Of a DNA stretch of 64,000 bases, positions 36,771-47,247 are shown piece after piece (position 1 is the first letter of the stretch; every line of letters starts with the position of its first letter). This DNA is from Octopus sinensis (taxonomy: Eukaryota). The notes under the pieces were generated by a model, which was not told the origin of the DNA, did no database searches, and saw nothing but the letters and a program-made list of their open reading frames with translations. The translations under genes and the position numbers were made by a program. The stretch is taken from NCBI RefSeq assembly GCF_006345805.1, contig NC_043014.1:16554001-16618000 (forward strand), given 5' to 3'.

Positions 36771-38394
36771 TAATAATAATAATGATAAGGTGAAAACGGT
36801 ACCAGTAATTATTGGAGCATTAGGCAATATAAAAAAAAAACAAATGAACAAAAACATCGAAGCTATACCTGAATCCTCAACATTACACATATCCATAAAT
36901 AGCCTTGTTATAGTTAACATTCTGTACGAGGCGCTATCAATTCGATAATGCAACCCAAACAAAACAAGCCACAAACACAAGGCACACTCTGAACAGCAAT
37001 TATCCAATGAAATAAACTACCACCAGCAAGCATGACACACAACACAAACATTAATACAACAAAAGACTGCACTACATCTCATATATGGAAAAAAAAAAGA
37101 AAGAAAAACTAATGCAATACAAAACTGAGAAGAGTTTGCACTCTAGCAACAACGAAAAAGAACACACAAGGCTGCACGCACCTCAGCGACACAGAGGTGT
37201 AGCAGGTGATGCAGTGGAAATTTTCCTGAAACTACAAACGTTGAACAAGGATAATAAGAACAACAATTTCTTTCTTGACCACAAGTGCCTAAGATATTAG
37301 GAAAAGTTGAGGCAAAAGAGTGTTGGCGAGACAAACAAGAGCTGGAAAGTGACCTACAGCTATAAATGCAAAAGCATGACTGTAACTTAACTGACCAGAG
37401 ACACAGGATGCCTCTTCCTCAACAAATGAATGACTGAGATGGATAGCGTATGCGAGTAAGCTTGACCAGATGATGATGGCAGGAAGGAGTAGAAAACAGA
37501 AGGCAGGGAATTATGAGAAAAAATAAAAACAATAAAGTTAGCAATAGATCCCTAATGGGAGGAGGGCAACCAGAGGGCAACCTGGTAATGAATAAGGAGA
37601 CATTACAAGGTTTAAAAAAAAGGGCTTTGGTAGAAATTAGATGAAATATAAGAAATAAAGTAACAATATTATAAACATAAATAAGAAAATGTTAAGAGAA
37701 AGACAGCCATCAGGGTCAATCAAGGAAGCCGACAGGTGCCGGATCACCTTCAGGACCCTCCCCACCCTACAGATGCATAGCAAGTGCAACACTTTTCAAT
37801 AAATTTACTGGAGGGACCATTTTCTCCTCTCACCTTTCACTCCAGAAGGACTTGGTCAAAAAGAAAAAGGTTTTCCTTTCACCTTTCAGTAATGTCCACC
37901 TTACAACCTCTTTTGCCATGATAACCAGGACTATCCACTCTTCCTAGCCAAAGGAAGGTGACAGAATAATCCTCATAATTAACCCTAGCTTTTCATAACA
38001 CCAGCTCCATCAATCACAGAACAAATGCATAGGAAACAGTTTGACTGGTCTTCGTGCAGATTAGAGAGGTGAAGCTAATGGAACAATCACACCTAGTTAT
38101 AGAACTCTTAGACCAGGGAAACACCACCCAACACTACAACACAACCTAATACTGCAACACAAACTACACAACACACACTGCATGAAAGGTGTTCTCAAAC
38201 CAGGGTACCTGTACCCAGGTGATACATAAAAAGAAATTGCAGCGGTACACAAGATTTGTGAAGTGATCACAACCAACTAAAAACAACTTGTGTCCAGAAA
38301 ATGTTTGGGGAGAGCTCCATTTTGTTGTCCTCCCTCCTTTCTCGTTGTAAGCAAGGGTTTTTAGCAATGTTTATGACCAAAAACTACTTTAAAA

Positions 38395-38895
38395 AGTATC
38401 CAGTGCACTCTGTAAAGTGGTTGGTGTTAGGAAGGGCATCCAGCTCTGGAGACCAACGCAGACAAGAGAACCTGGTCTGGCTCCTGGCCCTGCCACCTCC
38501 TGTCAAACTGTCCAACCCATGCCAGCATAGAAAACAGACATCAAATGATGATGAAGATGATGATTGTATGACCTAATCAGTAACTGTTTAGTTTATTATA
38601 GTGTGTGTATATATGAGACATGTGATGGTGTGTGCCAGTGTGTATATACATATACAGGACTATATGTGTGGTGTGTAGAAAAATTAGATAAAATTTTAAT
38701 TAAACCACAATGTAGCACCCAGTCCACTCTGTAAAGTGGTTGGTGTTAGGAAGGGCATCCAGCTGTAGAAACCAACCCAAAGCAGACAATGCAGCGTGGT
38801 GCAGCATGGTGCAGCTCTCCAGCATTGCCTGTCTCCTGTCAAACAGTCCAACCCATGCCAGCATGGATGATAGACATTAAATGATGATGATGATA
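38395..38895 (+). mobile_element. two short RTE-tail elements ending in (GAT)n
   Basis: GGAAGGGCATCCAGC..CCAACCCATGCCAGCAT..GATGATG twice. Confidence 0.75.
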
Positions 38896-39559
38896 GATAC
38901 AAGGTTAGATTTGAATATTTCCGGAGAAAGGAACAGTCAATAATATTTGACTGCAATCACCACACCCGTATATGACTGGTACTATTTTATCAACCCTGAA
39001 AGGATGAAAGACTTAAGTTGACCACAGCTGGAGTGGAACTCAAAATGGAAAGAAGCACAACTAAATAGTGAATGGTTGTTGGTTCAATTCTACGGGGGCA
39101 GGGGGTGCCACTGATTAAACGGACTCAGTCAATTACTGGTACTACCTCTATTGACCACCAATACAATAATGGTTTGTATTAAATGTAAAGACATGCGGCT
39201 TAGCCACAAGTAGTGGGGGGGGTAAGGCGTAATCATATGGTCGTGGATTTCATTCTGTGACTGGGTGGCGCACTGTGCCTTTGAGCAAGACCCATCACTT
39301 TACATTAGCCCAGTCTACTCAGCAGTAAATGTGTACCACCCTAGTGTTGACCCACCCCTACCACACCACCATTCTCTGTTCAACAGTCACATTCTTAATG
39401 TTGTATTGTGTCAAAGGTAGACAGGGTCTATGCATGCTCACCACTACATCATACATTGTAACAGATGACCAAAGTAATGGTTTATAGTGATGAACAGGTA
39501 CAGTCAACAGTGGGCGGGGGTAGAAGGGATCTTTATGGGATTTGTAGTGACTGTGCATA

Positions 39560-39780
39560 GACCATCAGTGTCTTTGCTGGAAGGACAAAACTTCATGTCT
39601 TTGGGCCCCTGGTTCTCCCTGTCCTGCTCTATTGTTGCAAGACTTGGACACTGACTGGGGACCTTTAGGAGTCACCTACACTCTTTTGGTACCAGGATGC
39701 TTTGTAGGATTATGGGTTACCAGTGATTGGATTTCATAACCAATCAACAACTCTTCTCAGAAACTAGGATGCATCCTGTT
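39560..39780 (+). mobile_element. RTE C-terminal relic
   Basis: translates RTKLHVF..LVLPVLLYCCKTWTLTGDL. Confidence 0.5.
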
Positions 39781-40289
39781 ATTTGTGTGAATCCAGAATG
39801 TCAGCTCAGACTTGTTGGCCATGTTGCTCGATTTTCTGAGACTAACATTTAACTTCTGTCTTAAAACCCTTTAGCAATCAAATCCCTGTCAAATATAATG
39901 TGTATTTATTCATAGTTTTTAAACTCAACTTAGATCCTGAAGTGTTTTCTTTACTGAGGATTTGGCTGGCTTGATGGCTATTTGTGTTGGTCAACTGCAT
40001 GCCACATAGTCACTACAGATGAGGAGTGACCTCATGGATAGGGGAACTGACTGGGACTCTGCTCAACAGGTCATCTGGGACCATACAAACCAATGATAAA
40101 TGCAGCAACACACTGCAGTGGTGCATGTCACCACACCTGACCTGTAAACTATAAAAGTAACTTCATCAATCGAAAGTTTTTCAACAATGAGGGTCTCCAT
40201 AGGATCTGTGTTATGGTTGTTGTTTTGACATTTCAGTCATAAACGAGGCTTTTGATGGTTACGAGCTTGCATTCAAGGTGTCACCTTCA

Positions 40290-40520
40290 CATTAATGTGT
40301 CTGACCTTTGTATTTATACCTGTTAGTATGGGTGTGGTCATTGCAGTTAAAGTCAGCATTTGACCTTCACATTGACCATGTGACTTTGACATTGGCATGC
40401 GTGACCTTGACATTCCCAACTGGGGGTCAATCCTTAGCATTAAAACAACATCATGAGATGGAAGGATTCCCCCATATCAGCCTCAAACTCCGTGCCCTCC
40501 CTCAAGGTCAAAGGTCAGAA
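40290..40520. promoter_or_regulatory. cluster of TGACCT-like half-sites with a perfect DR1
   Basis: AGGTCA-A-AGGTCA at 40505-40517 plus several TGACCT/TGACTT copies; function unproven. Confidence 0.3.
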
Positions 40521-41838
40521 TTGTGTGTTGTGGTCATTTAGCCCTCGGTCAGTCTCATCGAGCATTTTTATGATCATCCCATCTTTCATACTGGCATAGC
40601 ATATCTAGGACTACATTATCTAACGTGCCTTTCCTTTTGTTATTGTTGTTCAGCCCCAGATCAGTCCTGATCCAGCAGACGTATGATTATAGACACTCCA
40701 GCCATGGCGATCCTATTTTTTTGTTTATTAGGGAGGGAGTATATTGTGTTGTGTATCCTTCTTTAAAACAATAGGGTGTGATTTGAGAGAGATTTAACTG
40801 TTATTTCTTGCATATCAAGTAGCTACATAGAAGTGATGTACCTCTTACTATAAAAAGCATAAGCCAGCTCTTTCTCTCTCTCTCTCTCTCTTTCTCACTT
40901 TCCATTTTTTCTTCAAATAATGCAAGCAGCAAGTACTGACAACTATTAATGTTATGCACACACACACACACAAACATGTACATACATATACGTATCACAA
41001 TATATGTAACAATGTGTGTGTGCTTGTATACATGTATGTATGTGTGTGTGTTTGTGTGTGTATATGTGTTTGTATGTATTTATGTATATTTGTATGTGTG
41101 TGTGTGTTTGTTTGTGTGTGTGTGTGTGTGCATGTGTGTGTGTTTGTGTGTGTGTATATGTGTTTGTATTTATGTATGTTTGTGTGTTTGTGTGTGTGTG
41201 TGGTGTGTGTGTGTGTGTGATCATCATAAGTTAAAAGTCCCTGTTTCCTGCTGGCATGGGTTGGACAGGACCCAATGGGTCCATGGACTGCACCTGCCCC
41301 CGGTGTCTGCTTTGCCATGATTTCTATGGCTGGATGCCCTTCCCAACATCAACCACTCCCCATGTTGTACTGGGTGCTTTTTTCTTGGCTCCTAGCACCA
41401 GTGAGGTCATCATGGAGCTTGCATGACTAAGATCCTCTCTGACTAGGGGGGGGGGGCTACAGTAGAGACAGGGCCAGCTTTGTGCTAAGAGATGAGGGGT
41501 TGTGGTGCAGGTTTCTGCTGCAGAACAACATAGTTATTAGCATTATACAAGGATGAATGGGAGTAACTGATGAAAAGAGGGATAGAGCATGAGGGTGGTC
41601 TCTGGAGACAGTAAAACAAGAAAGGGGACTGGATAGAGGTTGTAAGGGATGGGAAAAGTGAGGGATGGTTAGGGGAAATAAGTTATGGGTTGATAGGCAA
41701 ATATACTGAATGATGACCGATGGCTGGAGGTGGGGGGCAATGAGGAAGAGCTTGATGGAAGAGAAGAAAGTATAGAGGTTGACTGATGACTGATGACTGA
41801 CATTCATTCCTATTTGTATGGTTCGAAATTTCCCCCAA

Positions 41839-41884
41839 GACACCTGAAGAAGGCTGGAGGGTATATCAGCTGAAATGTTGTGTT
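41839..41884 (+). ncRNA. minimal hammerhead-like motif
   Basis: GACAC-CTGAAGA-A-GGCTG(GAGGGTATAT)CAGCT-GAAA-TG-T-T-GTGTT. Confidence 0.55.
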
Positions 41885-41972
41885 AACAACAAACAAGATG
41901 AGGACAAATATCCGTCGAATGCAAATAATGTAAATAATATAAAAAATGTGATTTCATATATATATATATATA

Positions 41973-42051
41973 TGGCTGAGGAGCTACAAGTGGATTTTTT
42001 TGTAAGTAAAATTACATTTAATTCATTAATAGCGAAACAATTGTCCCAAAA
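41973..42051 (+). ncRNA. hammerhead ribozyme copy 1 (stem I shortened by 5' truncation)
   Basis: TGG-CTGAGGA-GCTA..TAGC-GAAA-CAATTG-T-C-CCAAAA; predicted cut after 42045. Confidence 0.7.
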
Positions 42052-42504
42052 TAATCTGTATTTTTGTTATTTTTTATTTGCCCTGTCCGTGTGAGCTAAC
42101 AATCGTACTGGCTTTCATGGGAAACATGTATTTTTGTGGTTGAAACCTTTTGGATTAACTGGTGCTAGAGTGAGCCATATAGTGACCACTCTCTTATATT
42201 TATTTTGTAAAAATATTATAATATATTATAAAATATTATAATAATCCAGGTTTCTCTGAGCACTAGGCCACTTGGTGTTGAATAGATATACTATTAAATT
42301 AGTATCTAATTCTCTCACCCTTATTAATTAATTATAATTATGCTGCATTTATTTGTAAATGCTGTATTTGTTTTCCGTGAAAGTTTGGCGCGCTGTTAGT
42401 TGGGGCATTTGAATTATAACGTCGGATGTAATCAATTGAACCACACGCGTATTTATCGTTATGGTAAAATCTGGTGTGTGATTGAGTGGATTTCATCCAG
42501 ATAG

Positions 42505-42586
42505 TTTTGGCTGAGGAGCTACAAGTGGATTTTTTTGTAAGTAAAATTACATTTAATTCATTAATAGCGAAACAATTGTCCCAAAA
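42505..42586 (+). ncRNA. canonical type-I hammerhead ribozyme copy 2
   Basis: TTTTGG-CTGAGGA-GCTA(43 nt)TAGC-GAAA-CAATTG-T-C-CCAAAA; all core bases intact, GUC site, predicted cut after 42580. Confidence 0.85.
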
Positions 42587-42745
42587 TAATCTGTATTTTT
42601 GTTATTTTTTATTTGCCCTGTCCGTGTGAGCTAACAATCGTACTGGCTTTCATGGGAAACATGTATTTTTGTGGTTGAAACCTTTTGGATTAACTGGTGC
42701 TAGAGTGAGCCATATAGTGACCACTCTCTTATATTTATATTATAT

Positions 42746-42784
<39 letters not shown>

Positions 42785-43049
42785 ATATTATATACGTATA
42801 TTATTTATTTAAAGGACACAATACATGTCTTTAAATGTTACTAATAGTTTCATATGTTGAGAAATGTCTCAAACATATTCATCAAGCACAAACCACATAT
42901 AACAACAAACTATTGAATAAGAGAAGGGCCAACAGCTGGAACAAAGGCACATACAGAAGTGGTGATGTGAAACCTCCAGCCTGAGGAAATCAGCAAATTC
43001 ATGGTGGTGCTCCAGCATGACCAAATTCTAATAAATATATATATATAAC

Positions 43050-44705
43050 AGAAGAATTAAAGACAGGCTGCCCCTGGGAGCTCCTCTATGCTGATGACCT
43101 TGCTCTAATAGCCGAGTCACTGCCAGAACTGGAGATAAAGTTTAGGGTGAGGAAGCAAGGTCTAGAATCGAACGGCCTTAGGGTTAACCTAGCCAAAACC
43201 AAAGTCTTAGTAAGTAGGAAAGCTGTCAAATCACAACCCGCTGCAGATAGATGGCCCTGCTCAATCTGTAGAAAAGGCGTGGGTAGAAACTCCATACGAT
43301 GTACTTGGTATAAGCTATGGACACATAAAAGGTGCAGCAATATCAAAGGAAGGTTAACCGAGAAAATAATTTTTGTGTGTGGCAGTTACACTGGGGCAAT
43401 AAACACTGAAGATGTACAGAAAACAGATTCCATCACATGTCAGGGGAAGAATAGAAGTAGTTAATAGTTTCTGCTACCTAGGTGACCAAGTCTGTAGTGG
43501 GGGTGGTTGCTCTGAGAGTGTAGCAACTAGAGTAAGAATAGCCTAGGTAAAGTTCAGGGAGCTCCTACCTCTGCTGGCAATTAAGGGCCTGCCGCTCAGG
43601 ATGAAAGGTAGACTGTATGATGCATGTGTGCAAACTACCATGCTACACGGCAGTGAAACATGGGCCATGAATGCTGAAGACATGCATAGGCTTGAAAGAA
43701 ATGAAGCTAGTATGATCTGCTGGATGTGTAATGTAGTGTGCATACACGACAGAGTATAAGCACCCTGAGAGAAAAGTTGTGCATAAGAAGCATCAAATGT
43801 GGTGTGCAAGAGAGGCGATTGTGCTTGGATGGCCATGTGGTATGTATGAACAAAGACAGCTGTGTGAGGAAGTGCCACTCCCTAACTGTAGAAGGAACCT
43901 GTGGAAGAGATAGACCTGGAAGACATGGGATGAGGTCATGAAGCATGACCTTCAAACATTGGACCTCACAGAGGCAATGACAGAAGACTGGGACCTTTGG
44001 AGATATGCTGTGATTGAGAAGACCTGGCAACTAAAGTGAGATTGCAGCCACACACGGCCAGTCCTGTTAAGAATACCCCTGTTACGTTGGGCGATATGAT
44101 ATGCTTAAGAAAACTCGTTGTATCAACTAAAACCAATATCGTAGCTGGGGTTGGTGCCCCCTGACTGGCTTCCATGCCAATGGCATGTAAAAAGCACCAT
44201 TCAAACATGGTCGATGCCAGAACCGCCTGACTGGCTCCTGTGTCTGTGGCATGTAAAAAGCACGAATCGATTGTAACTGATGCCAGTACCCCCTGACTGG
44301 CTCCTCTGCCAGTGGCATATAAAAAGCACCATCCAAATGTGTTCATTGCCAGGCCCACCTTACTGGCTCAGGTGCTGATGGCACATAAAAAGTACCAACC
44401 GACCATAACCAATGCCAGTACCTGCTGACTGGTTCCTATGCCGGTGGCATGTAAAAAGCACCATCCGAACATGATCGTTGCCAGGCCCGCCTTACTGGCT
44501 CCAGTGCTAGTGGCACATAAAAAGCATCCACTATACTCTCGGAGTGGTTGGCGTTAGGAAGGACATCCAGCTGTAGAAACACTGCCAGATCAGATTGGAG
44601 CCTGGTGCAGCCTTCTGGCTCTCCAAACCTCATTTAAACCATCCAACCCATGCTAGCATGGAAAACGGACGTCAATCGCTGATAATGATAATGATGATGA
44701 TGATG

Positions 44706-44707
<2 letters not shown>
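43050..44707 (+). mobile_element. 5'-truncated RTE-clade LINE whose 3' UTR contains the minisatellite and (GAT)n tail
   Basis: ELLYADDL, VNLAKTKV, LHGSETW, RPGKTW; then GGCATGTAAAAAGCACC units and the tail. Confidence 0.85.
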
Positions 44708-44763
<56 letters not shown>

Positions 44764-45246
44764 CAGCTGGATCCTTTGCCCAATTTCTTTCTTCCTCCAA
44801 GCATTCACTACCACCACCCATCACCTCCCCAACTGCAGTCCTCCCTGAGACAAGTTTTCTTACTACCCAGAACCATTTTGCTTCTTATCCATTTGTCATC
44901 CATCAATCCTGTTCTCTCCACACTGTCATTGCTCACCCTTCCCCATTGTGCCACCAAATTATCTCTCCTCCCCCTCCTCTACTATTCCTGCCTCTCTCTC
45001 TTGTCTATCCACTTTGGCAACCCAACCAACAACATGTCATTTTTCTTTCATCCTTCTCTTTTCTACTATGTCAATATTACTATTCTGTTGCTCTGCACCC
45101 TCAGACATCCCCTACACCTCCCTTCATTCTTGGCCCCTCTGAACCACTCATTCCCTATCTAGTGCCTTGAAGGTTTATCCTGACACTATTTTTATCCCTT
45201 CCCAGCTCCACCTTGATTGTTCCCACTCTTCTAAAATATTGCTAAT

Positions 45247-45938
45247 CACGTGGTTCGGTTTCCAAAGTGGGCAGCATTGCACCCCCTGGGGGCATTGGAA
45301 AGATTCATAAGGGGAGCATTGAAGAAAACTGGGCCAATAATGGGGTAGCTAAATGGGGCAATGGATATATCTTTATATATAAAAGTAAGGTTGTGTGTCT
45401 GTCTCCTACGATTTAGATTCCTAACTACTCCCACATTTTGTGGTGCAGTTTAACCAAAAGCGGGTATCTTATAGTCGTGACTCATATCGAGCCCTTCTGG
45501 GTATTAGCGCACATCTACGATGAATCTACGATTTAAAAAAAATTTACCATCATTTTTCCGTATTTTTAATGCATTTTTTCGCTTGGTTTATATAAGGGAA
45601 GTAACTCTCTAAAAATGTATTATTAAATCTCAGAACGTAAAAAGCTACAGTAACACCCCCCCCCCTTGTGGTTAGCCATATTGAGATGGCTATTATACTT
45701 TACATCTCTAAAAATGCTTATATAGTTATTTCCCTTACAAACCCGAGCAACGCCGGGTGATACTGCTAGTGAACAATAAAATAACGGGATAATTAGGTTA
45801 AGTTTTATTTGTTAAATACTGTTGTTTTGAATTTGCTGCAGAAAGTGGTCTATGTTTGTGGTGGTGAGTGGGAGAGGGCGCTAAGAACGTGGCCTGTGTG
45901 CCAAGGGGACAGCAGCCCGAAAAGTTTGGGAACCACTG
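45247..45938. mobile_element. decayed hAT-like MITE hosting a Helitron
   Basis: right end AAAGTTTGGGAACCACTG; left end a degenerate CA.GTGGTT..CCAAAG. Confidence 0.4.
45370..45769 (+). mobile_element. non-autonomous Helitron (5' type A)
   Basis: A|TC..CTAG|T with subterminal hairpin. Confidence 0.85.
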
Positions 45939-46299
45939 TTCCACAGCAACAGACCTGTCCTGCTCCAGCCTGTCTTTCTCATACTTTACTCCTCTCTACC
46001 CCTCATCTCCTAGCATAATGTTGCCCCACTCCTATATTTTAGTCAAAAGGGATCTTAGTCTCTTGACCTGCATTGTGACCCCACAAGTGCTGGTACCACA
46101 AAAGAAGCATCCATTACACTCTGTAAAGTGGTGGGCATTAGGAAGGGCATTCAGCTTTAGAAACGAAGAACACTGGAGCCTGATGCAGTCCTGCAGCCTG
46201 TTGGATCCTGTCAAACTGCTCCACCTTTGCCATCATGAAAGATGAATGTTAGATGATGATGATGATATATTTATCCATACATATGCACATATCTACATT

Positions 46300-46705
46300 T
46301 TTTAAATACAAGGAATACTGTTGAAATATTCCAATAGAAACAGTCATCCATTGCAAACACAACAAACCCGATGGTGTTCTGTATGACGGGGAACAAAAGT
46401 CATATGCCATCGTAGAGGTCAGTTGTCCAGTGGATGTGAACATGCCATATAAGTTCCAGGAAAATAGAACATTTATGGTTGAATTAATGCAGAACTCACA
46501 TCTCTTGTACTCTGGTTATCAGTTTTCTTTTGCACCAATCATCAGAGACGTATTCAACTTTGTAGCTCGAGATTTGCACAGCTTAGAAATGCTGGGATTT
46601 TCTAAGAAGGAGCAAAAGAAACTAATGTGGATTCTTCAAATCCAATCTGTTAGTGGCACAGGGAAGATTTGTAAGACATTCCAAAGATTCTCTAAGATTC
46701 TTTAA
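46300..46705 (+). mobile_element. R4/Dong-like restriction-like endonuclease relic
   Basis: HNKPDGVLYD..IVEVSCPVDVN..QSVSGTGKICKTF. Confidence 0.7.
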
Positions 46706-47047
46706 ATGAATGTACACACACACTTGATTGTGTGTATCTACAAAGAGACATGTAAAAAGTCGTAATGTGTACACACACACACATACACACACAAGCACAC
46801 ACATACACACACAAGCACACACACACACACCTAAGTAGAGTAGAGAGATATGTTCACATAGAGCTTAAGTGCAGATGTATACACCTACATCTATGCCCAC
46901 ACTAACTTACATATTTACAAACACCAGCAACGGAACTGTCTTAACTCCAAAAATCTTGTCACTTTGTTGTAAATGGCTTGAATTCTTTGAAGAAGTAAAA
47001 TCTGAAAGAAAAACATAAGTATACATGTATATACATACATGTGTGTT

Positions 47048-47105
<58 letters not shown>

Positions 47106-47126
47106 TTTGTTTGTGTGTATACATAT

Positions 47127-47165
<39 letters not shown>

Positions 47166-47247
47166 CACATATATATATAAAAAAGGTAGTATGTATACAT
47201 ACATGTGTTTACATTGTTATTAACGAGTGTGCGTGTATTTGTATTAT

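Larger units (their letters stand above)
41973..42738 (+). mobile_element. non-coding PLE/retrozyme-like element; 231-bp identical direct repeats (41973-42203, 42508-42738), period 535 bp, within (TA)n
   Basis: repeats identical by eye; each carries a hammerhead; no ORF in the spacer. Confidence 0.85.

Noticed and set aside
37000-38260. Possible LINE ORF1 relic or exon
   Set aside because: No recognisable protein motif or splice structure could be supported by eye
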